64,000 nt of DNA from an uncultured Gemmatimonadales bacterium (lineage in GTDB: Bacteria > Gemmatimonadota > Gemmatimonadetes > Gemmatimonadales > GWC2-71-9): assembly GCA_963821525.1 (NCBI GenBank), contig CAWGED010000005.1, positions 1,184,001-1,248,000 of the forward strand. Direction: 5' to 3'. The notes under the pieces are model-generated. The model had not been told where the DNA came from, searched no databases, and saw only the letters and a list, made by a program, of their open reading frames with translations. Positions within the stretch are counted from its first letter, which is position 1, and each line of letters begins with the position of its first letter. The position numbers and the translations under genes were made by a program. Shown piece after piece: positions 57,210-64,000 of the stretch.

Positions 57210-58060
57210 CTATTGATCAAGCAATTGACGCGCGATCCGAACATCATCCCACGTCGGCTTCTTCCAATTCGGATTGCGGAGCAGAGCGGCGGGGTGATAC
57301 GTGACAATGAGAGGGGTACCGGCGTAGCGATGCACCTGATTGCGCAAATCGCCGAGGCCGCGCTTGGTGTTGAGCATTGCCTCTGCGGCGGTTCCGCCAA
57401 GCGCCAGGATCACCTTGGGGCGTATCAGCGCAATCTGGCGATGAAGGTACGGCATGCAGGCGGCCGCCTCATCGGGCAACGGCTTGCGGTTCTGCGGGGG
57501 ACGGCACTTCACGATGTTGGCGATGTAGACCTGCTCCCGCGGCAGGCCAATCGACGCCAGAATCCCGTTCAACAACTCCCCAGCCTGACCGACGAACGGC
57601 CGGCCAGTGGCGTCCTCGGTGGCACCCGGTCCCTCTCCAATACACATGAGCTGAGCGTTGGGATTCCCTTCCCCGGGCACCGTATGCGTTCGTGCGGAGC
57701 AGAGCGGGCACTTCCGGCATCCCTTCACCATCGCGGCAACCGCGTCCAGCGATTCGAGCCTGGAGATCTCGTCGCTCATCAGGTCCATCGCGGGCGGTTC
57801 GATGATGATGCCCGGACCCGGAATGGGAGGGAGGTCCTTCTTCCACCTTGGGGATGAGGTACTGCGCGGATGAGTCCTCGGGAAGTACCGAGTACCGAGT
57901 ACCGGGTACCGAGGGTTTGGCAGGTACGGGCTCAGCCACGACGCCGTCGGCAGGGATCGCGTCCTCAGGTACTCGGTACTCGGTACTCGGAACTCAAGTA
58001 CACTTCCGATCCGCCCAACTCAGCCTGCTGCCGGAGATACTGTTCTCGCTTACTTGCCAA
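57210..58060 (-). CDS. Family-4 uracil-DNA glycosylase with an N-terminal extension (frameshifts near 57965 and 57860)
   Basis: CRKCPLC, GEGPG, KCRPPQNR, YHPAALLR; N-terminus (L/M)[16 protein letters not shown] from TTG 58060 overlaps the coaBC stop. Confidence 0.88.
57884..57995. repeat. Inverted heptamer arrays (AGTACCG / CGGTACT) inside the udg 5' coding region
   Basis: agtaccg agtaccg agtaccg ggtaccg - about 50 bp - aggtact cggtact cggtact cggaact. Confidence 0.9.
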
Positions 58061-59248
58061 GGCGTGCCTCCACCGCGTCGAGGATGGCCTCCGCGACTTC
58101 GCGTTTGCCTGCGAGGGGAATGGCCTTGCGTCCACCATCCTTGTCCAGGATCGTGACCCGGTTGGTATCCCCTTCGAACCCCGCTCCCGGCTCGAGGGCG
58201 TCGTTGACGACGATGAGGTCGAGATTCTTCCGGCGCAGCTTCTCCGCCCCCTTAGCGTCGGCATCGCCGGTCTCGAGCGCGAATCCAACGATCACCGATT
58301 GCGGGCGCCGGAGAGAAACGGTCCCGCTCAGGATATCCTCGGTCGGCTCCAGCTCGACGGCGAGTTTCCCAGTCGCGCGCGGCCGCTTGTGGTCTCCGGG
58401 ATCCTTCGGACGATAGTCGGCCGGCGCCGCGGCCATGATCAGCACATCGGCAGTCGGCAGCTCTTCCCGCACCACGGCGTCGAGCTGCGCGGTCGTGTCC
58501 ACCAGGCGCATCAAGACACCGGTCGGGGGCGGGAGCGTGGTGGGTCCGCTCACCAGAACGACGTGTCGCTCCCCTCTCCCAGGCCGCTTCGGCAATCCGG
58601 TATCCCATCTTCCCGCTCGACCGATTGCTCACGACCCGGACTGGATCGATCGGCTCACGGGTCGGCCCGGCTGTCACCACGATCCGCTTGTTGGCCAGAG
58701 GGCTTCCGCTCCCGAGCAGGCGCGCTGCGTGGGCGATGATCGTCTCCGGCTCACTCATCCGGCCGGGCTTGTCGGAGGGGCCTTCAGCCAGGGCTCCGAC
58801 CTCCGGGCCCACGGTCGAGAATCCGCGCGACCGTAAGCGTCCCGAGATTGGCCTGAGTCGCCGGATTGGCGAACATCTCGTCATTCATTGCCGGCGCCAG
58901 CAGCACGGGTGCGGTTCGGGCCAGCAGCAACGCGGTGAGCAGGTCGTCGGCCACGCCCTGAGCGGTTTTCGCGATGAGATTGGCCGTGGCGGGTGCCACG
59001 ATGATGAGATCAGGGGACTGAGCGAGCCTGATGTGTTGCAGAGCGGTGCCTGGCTCCCAGAGCGACGTGATCACCGGCCGACCCGAGAGGGCCTCAAACG
59101 TGAGAGGCCGCACGAATTCTGCGGCCCCTTCGGTCAGGATCACATCAACCTTGGCACCGGCTTCGACCAATCGCCGGACCAGGATGCAGCTCTTATAGGC
59201 GGCAATGCCGCCCGACACGCCGAGGGTGACGTGGCGGCCGGCCCACAC
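58050..59248 (-). CDS. coaBC: Phosphopantothenoylcysteine decarboxylase / phosphopantothenate-cysteine ligase (frameshifts near 58830 and 58570)
   Basis: [25 protein letters not shown]...[13 protein letters not shown]. Confidence 0.95.
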
Positions 59249-59250
59249 GG

Positions 59251-59463
59251 TCAGGCCTCGGAGCGGCGCCGGCGAGAGATCTTGTAGTTCAGCTCGCCCG
59301 AAACCAGCGAATCGAGCGACATGGTGGTCAGCTTCTGCTCCCGATCCTGAATTCGCTCCTTCGGCAGCTCATTGAGATGCCGGGCGAACTTTGCAGCCAC
59401 CAGCACGCCGAGATACTTGTTCCCCGCCCGGTTGGCGGCTTCGATCGGTGTGTAAATGCGCAT
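59251..59463 (-). CDS. rpoZ: RNA polymerase omega subunit
   Basis: NKYLGVLVAAKFAR; canonical gmk-rpoZ-coaBC order. Confidence 0.88.
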   Translation of the reverse strand: MRIYTPIEAANRAGNKYLGVLVAAKFARHLNELPKERIQDREQKLTTMSLDSLVSGELNYKISRRRRSEA

Positions 59464-59496
59464 GGATACTCCTTGTGTGGTTGACCCACGAGTCGC

Positions 59497-59559
59497 AGCT
59501 CTCAGCTGTTAGCTCTTAGCTATTGCAGCTAACAGCTACCAGCTAACAGCTAACGGCTA
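59497..59559. repeat. Inverted heptamer arrays (same unit family as 28073-28142) overlapping the gmk stop
   Basis: gctctca gctgtta gctctta gctatt - gc - agctaac agctacc agctaac agctaac ggcta. Confidence 0.9.
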
Positions 59560-60224
59560 TCCTTCACTTCAACCTTCTTCTGCTCCGTACTGATCCGCAT
59601 CGCCTCCGCGGAGATGGTCCGGCGCAGATTGTCTACTACTTCCGGCAGATTGTCTTGCCGCGGAACCCTGAGAGCCTCACCATCGATGATGGCGCTCACC
59701 TGAGCCACCGCGCGGTCCAGGTCTTCATTGACCACGGCGTAGTCGTACTCGCCGACGGCCTTGAGTTCATCCAGCGCGTGAGCCAGGCGGCGCTTCAGCG
59801 CCGTGAACGACTCGGTCTTTCGGTCCCGCAGCCGGGCCACCAGAGCCTCACCCGAAGGCGGCAGCACGAAGACATGGATCGCGCTGGGGAACCGATCCCG
59901 GACCTGCCGGGCCCCCTGGATCTCGATGTCCATCACCACGTGGCGACCGGTCGCGAAACTGCGGTCGATCTCGCTCCGCAGGGTGCCGTAGCGTTCGCCG
60001 TTGTAGGTCGCCGACTCGATGAAGGCGCCTCCAGCCTCGAGTCGCTCGAACTCTTCCCGGGAGAGGAAGTGATAGTCCCGGTCGGGTTCCTCTCCGGGGC
60101 GTTGCTTCCTCGTCGTGGCCGACACCGAATAGGCCACATCATTCCGCACCGTCAACAGGCGCCGGGCGATGGTCGTCTTCCCGCCGCCCGAGGGCGAAGA
60201 AAGCACCAGCAGGAAGGGCTTCAC
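59550..60224 (-). CDS. gmk: Guanylate kinase
   Basis: SPSGGGKT, SATTR...RPGE...DYHF, YGT. Confidence 0.97.
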   Translation of the reverse strand: MKPFLLVLSSPSGGGKTTIARRLLTVRNDVAYSVSATTRKQRPGEEPDRDYHFLSREEFERLEAGGAFIESATYNGERYGTLRSEIDRSFATGRHVVMDIEIQGARQVRDRFPSAIHVFVLPPSGEALVARLRDRKTESFTALKRRLAHALDELKAVGEYDYAVVNEDLDRAVAQVSAIIDGEALRVPRQDNLPEVVDNLRRTISAEAMRISTEQKKVEVKDSR

Positions 60225-61096
60225 TCCAGATTCTCGAGCTGTTCCCGGAACTTCTCCAGCTCGCCCTTCATCGCGATGACCTGCTGAATGATCTCCGCGT
60301 CGTTCCCCTTGGCGCCCATGGTGTTGACCTCGCGGCCGAGCTCCTGGGCCAGAAACCCGAGTTGCTTCCCTACCGGTGCGTCACCGGCCAGCGCATCGCG
60401 CGCGGCCTTGAGGTGGGCGCCGAACCGGACCAGTTCCTCGGTGATGTCGAGCTTGTCGGCGAGAAACGCCAGCTCCTGCGCCAACCGCTGCTCGTCGACA
60501 CTCCTTCCGTCCAGTAACTGAGCCACGTTCTGCCGTAACCGGTCTCGCTCTCGCGGCAATCGCTCCGGCGCGCGTTCGGCGATCACCTGGCTCGACCGCT
60601 CGAGCAGGGAGAGACGATGTCGCAGCTCGTCGGCGAGCACGGCTCCTTCCCTGCGCCGCATCGCCTTGCACTCCGCGATCGCCTGGGCAACAACCGGCTC
60701 CAACTCGCTCCACGCTACCGCGGTTTCATCACTCGGCGGTGCCGTGACCACGTCGGGCTGGCGAACGATCATCGCCAGGTCCACCTCACCCGGAATTCCC
60801 AGCGCCTGCTGCAGGGCCCGGAACTGGGCGGCGACGGCGCGGGCCCGTTCCAGATTCACCGTGAGACTCGTGTCCCGCTCCGGAGCCTCGGTCCACCGCG
60901 CCGAGACCGAGACGTGCCCGCGGTCGAAGTCCTTGCGCAGCCGCTCCCGTAGTTCGGCCTCGAGCGGGATGAGATCTCCCGACAGCTTGAGCGAGGGATT
61001 GAAGTGGCGATGGTTGACCGTGCGGATCTCGACTCGGACCCGTCCTCCGGCCACCGCCCCCTCCGCCGCTCCAAAGCCGGTCATACTGTAGGGCAC
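60221..61096 (-). CDS. yicC: YicC/YloC family endoribonuclease
   Basis: SMTGFG, TVNHR, DITEE, REVNT, REQLENLE; GTG start at 61096. Confidence 0.94.
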   Translation of the reverse strand: MPYSMTGFGAAEGAVAGGRVRVEIRTVNHRHFNPSLKLSGDLIPLEAELRERLRKDFDRGHVSVSARWTEAPERDTSLTVNLERARAVAAQFRALQQALGIPGEVDLAMIVRQPDVVTAPPSDETAVAWSELEPVVAQAIAECKAMRRREGAVLADELRHRLSLLERSSQVIAERAPERLPRERDRLRQNVAQLLDGRSVDEQRLAQELAFLADKLDITEELVRFGAHLKAARDALAGDAPVGKQLGFLAQELGREVNTMGAKGNDAEIIQQVIAMKGELEKFREQLENLE

Positions 61097-61214
61097 GGCC
61101 GACTCAGACCCCCGGTTTCGGGAAAGAGCCGAAATGTAGTCGGGAAAGGGGTTTAGGGGTAGTGACCGGCCCCCACTGGTCGTCCGATAGCCCAGTGGGG
61201 CCGGTTCGCTCCAT

Positions 61215-61381
61215 AGCCGCAGATAAACGCAGATGAACGCAGAAACGGGGCTGTTGGGTGAACTTGGGCACACCCACGTTGGAATGGGATCCTTCAAGGT
61301 TCACCGTTAAGAGTACGTTAAGCAAACCTGCCCTAATCTCTGTGCTGTTTTATCTGCGTTTATCTGCGTTCATCTGCGGCT
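61215..61381. repeat. Inverted decamer arrays (CGCAGATRAA x3 / TTYATCTGCG x3) around a ~100 bp spacer
   Basis: agc cgcagataaa cgcagatgaa cgcagaaa ... tttatctgcg tttatctgcg ttcatctgcg gct; the outer 10 bp are a perfect inverted repeat. Confidence 0.92.
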
Positions 61382-61402
61382 TCTCGCCAGTTAGCCGAAA
61401 CC

Positions 61403-61570
61403 CTACTCCCCTTCCCCCGACCCAAACAAGTTGAACGCTGGCGGCGCCATCCCGTTGAGCCGGAAATAGCTCACCAGCTCGCCCCGGGTCCAGACACTGT
61501 GCTCGTGGGCGAGCTCCAGGATCCGCCAACGCGTCATGGTGTATTTCGCGAAGGTTGTCGTTCCGGCCGA
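61403..61570 (-). pseudogene. C-terminal fragment of a DinB-family protein
   Basis: Manual translation ...TMTRWRILELAHEHSVWTRGELVSYFRLNGMAPPAF...*, which resembles the DinB C-terminal EHxxxxxGQLxxYxRxxGxxPP pattern. No N-terminal part is present. Confidence 0.65.
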
Positions 61571-63409
61571 TCAGTTACTGAATTCCCACCTCACGCCGAA
61601 AGTGCTTCCGAACTTGGGAATCAGGAAGCCGGGAACATAGGTCTGCTGGTTGGCCCGAAGGTTCACCCGGTCCCAGTAAATGGTAAAGCGGTCGAGCTGG
61701 ACCTCGATCAGGCTGCGGAAGAACGTTGCACCTCTAAGCGGAATCGGCTGGCCCGAAGCATCGCGACCGATGACACCGTCACCCCAGGCTTCCATGGTTC
61801 CCTGCAGCTTGAAATCAAAAATGCCGCTGGGAAACGACCGCCAGAACTTGGAACGGATCGTGGCCGAACTGAGCGAGTGTGTCGGAGGCAGAGCCTTCTG
61901 GTGCTCTGCCGCGAGGGTTGCTGTACCAGCCGTCGAGGGTGAACCACTGTAACGGCGTGAGCCGCCAATTCACCGTTACCCATTCGGTCTCTCCCGAGGG
62001 TGCGATCGAGTCCACGGTGGGAAGGAAGGGCTGGTAGGCAAAGGGACGAAACGCCGCGGTCCTGCCCGTAACCCAGCTCGAGGCCGATCCACTTCTGCTC
62101 CCAGCCGACCAGCCCCTGCCAATCGGTGAAGTCCTGGGCCTGGTCCTTGAGGATCGTCGGAGCGGCTACGATGCTCCCGGTCCGAACCACCCCCGTCAGG
62201 TCAACGCCGTAAGGGAGATGAATCCCCGCTCGGCCCCCGACCCATTGGCTGTGCCGGTCGAGGTCGTGCTTCTGATACCCAGCCTCCCCGGATGCGGTAA
62301 ACCATTTGTTGGGCGCCCATCCCGCGTTGGCACTCAGATCCCACGGAGTCCAGCGAGAGCGATTGAACGCCCTCGCTCCCAGCTGGAGAGTCGGCGTGCG
62401 CCACTCGGCGACCACCCCGCCCTGCCGCATCGTTTCATTGACGCCGGAACCGTCCCAGGTCGTCGCCCCCAGCAACAGGTCCACCCGAGGGCCGAGTTCG
62501 TCGGTACGCTTACGCCAGTAGAGCCGAAGCTGCGCGTCACGCCTGGTTCCGTTGAGCTTTTGATCCAACGTGTCGTTGTTGTTGTCTACATACGCCTTCC
62601 GGTCCGGCGTGTTCTGGAGCAGCTGAGCCTGAATCCCGAACTTGGTATTGGGCACATAGCCCGCCTGCAGCCAGAGCGAATTCATGTCGAAGTCGCTGGA
62701 CGATCCCGAAGCCGTCGGCGACGAGAACCGTTCGGCGTCTATCCCGAAGCCGAGGCCGTTTTTGTAGCGCCGCTCCAGGGCGCCGATGTAGCGGGCGATG
62801 TCGTCGTCGCCCGCCGAAATCCCGATGCGTGACACGGTCGAGTTGCGATCTAACGCGGCGAGTATAGAGCCGAACCCGCAATCCCTCGGGCCATCGCTCG
62901 ATCTCGACGCGGCTCAACATGCTCAAGGCAAAGATGGTCGGGTCCACTCCGATGCTGTCGGGCCCCATCGGCACAAACGGAAGTCCATCCAGCAGGTATT
63001 CGACGGAGGTGGGACCTCGAGCGCGGAAGTTGGGGGGCTGGTAGCGGCCGAACCAACCGCCACGCCAGAGGTAGACGCCGGGGACCTTTTGCAGCAGGTC
63101 GGACAGCGTCTCCGCATTGGTCCACTCGATCGAGTCCCGGGTGATGACGATCCTGCTGTACGCCGGAAGCGGTCCGTCGTTTCCGATCGTGGGAAGTACC
63201 GGGAGGCGAACCTGGTTGGCGGTCTGGGCCTTGAGGAAAAGCTCCGTCTGGTCGACCGAATCCCGGGGGGGCTGCGTCGTATCGGCGGGGACTGAATCGT
63301 AGGGGATCTGTGCTGACGCCGAAGGAGCGAGGATCAGGCCAATGAAGAAGCGTGAGCAGTGAGCAGTAAGCAGTGAGCGGGCCACTGCGCAACGGCTCAA
63401 GCCGATCAA
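61571..63409 (-). CDS. Outer-membrane beta-barrel protein with a TonB-dependent-receptor-like plug domain (frameshifts near 62855, 62065, 61885; start uncertain)
   Basis: Signal ...APSASAQ; plug motifs TLSDLLQKVPGV, YLLDGLP, RVEIER; aromatic beta strands; C-terminal FGVRWEFSN. Confidence 0.8.
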
Positions 63410-63473
63410 GTCGCAGAGGCAAAGACCGGGTCTCGGGGCAAGACCCGCTCACCGCTCACCGCTCACAGCTCAC
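63352..63473. repeat. Inverted heptamer arrays (GTGAGCR / YGCTCAC)
   Basis: gtgagca gtgagca gtaagca gtgagcg gg - about 60 bp - cc cgctcac cgctcac cgctcac agctcac. Confidence 0.9.
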
Positions 63474-63487
63474 CACAACCAAACCGC

Positions 63488-64000
63488 TTACCCCGCCGCC
63501 CTGGCAAGCACGAATTCGGCGAACAGTCGCATGCAGGCCCCGGTGGGACCGCGCGCCCCGGTGGGGTCTTCCCGCTCGGTGTACGCAGTGCCGGCGATGT
63601 CGATATGGGCCCACTTGAAGTCGGACGCGAACTCCCGGAGGAACCATCCCGCGGAAATACTGCCGGCGGGCCGCCCGCCCGAGTTCTTCATGTCGGCGAT
63701 GTCCGACTTGATGAGATCGCGGTACTCGTCCCAGAGCGGCATGGGCCAGACCCGTTCTCCCGACCGATCGCCGGCTCGCCGGACTTCTTCGATCAGAGAA
63801 TCATCGGTGCCCATGACTCCGGATGCCGCATGACCGAGTGCCACAACAATGGCGCCGGTCAGAGTCGCCGCGTCGAGGACGCAGGCCGGGGCGAAGCGCC
63901 TCGCGTAGGAGAGCGCGTCACACAGGATCAACCGCCCCTCCGCGTCGGTGTTCACGATCTCGATCGTCTTGCCCAGGTGGCTCTTCACCACATCGCCCGG
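63488..64000 (-). CDS. pepA: Leucyl aminopeptidase (M17), 5' end outside the window
   Basis: NTDAEGRL, ATLTGA, WAHIDIAG. Confidence 0.95.
   Translation of the reverse strand, partial: PGDVVKSHLGKTIEIVNTDAEGRLILCDALSYARRFAPACVLDAATLTGAIVVALGHAASGVMGTDDSLIEEVRRAGDRSGERVWPMPLWDEYRDLIKSDIADMKNSGGRPAGSISAGWFLREFASDFKWAHIDIAGTAYTEREDPTGARGPTGACMRLFAEFVLARAAG

Noticed and set aside
61246..61348. Residual GxxExxY coding sequence in the decamer spacer (RAGLLNV)
   Set aside because: The similarity is only a few residues and cannot be supported without a search.
61571..61573. Selenocysteine or read-through at the TGA joining the OM protein to the DinB fragment
   Set aside because: The barrel ends in a typical WEF-type terminus, no SECIS-like hairpin is evident, and the fusion makes no topological sense.

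Overview
A 64 kb, GC-rich bacterial chromosomal segment made up mostly of core housekeeping genes on the minus strand. Gene content and order suggest Gemmatimonadota; this is inference and was not checked by any search. In transcription order (right to left): pepA (partial), a plug-domain outer-membrane protein, yicC-gmk-rpoZ-coaBC-udg, dnaB-radA-ispD-LMW phosphatase-aroE-comF, gap-pgk-tpiA-secG-carA, HU/IHF, moaDEA, trmL, mdh-sdhCAB, a His/Met-tailed outer-membrane protein and an Ig/LVIVD lipoprotein. Next come plus-strand dcd and an M1 peptidase, then a complete nuoA-N operon running into pmm/pgm, UPF0182, sucCD, a PTS-EIIA/CBS protein, ndk and the yceD-rpmF-plsX-fab cluster. The left end has a Rieske-flavodoxin fusion, two tandem GYF-like membrane-anchored paralogs and a Tat amidase. 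Many genes, including conserved housekeeping genes, carry single-base frameshifts, most likely long-read assembly errors. No rRNA, tRNA, CRISPR array, transposase or prophage was seen. The most unusual signal is a set of nine small elements with one architecture: a tandem array of a 7-, 8- or 10-bp unit, a spacer, then the reverse-complement array. Their unit sequences are mostly unrelated. One is nested, two sit inside protein linkers (RadA, UDG), and two supply stop codons. Other notable signals are a Rex-type operator before nuoA, probable leaderless promoters, DnaA-box-like motifs before dnaB and an orphan DinB fragment.
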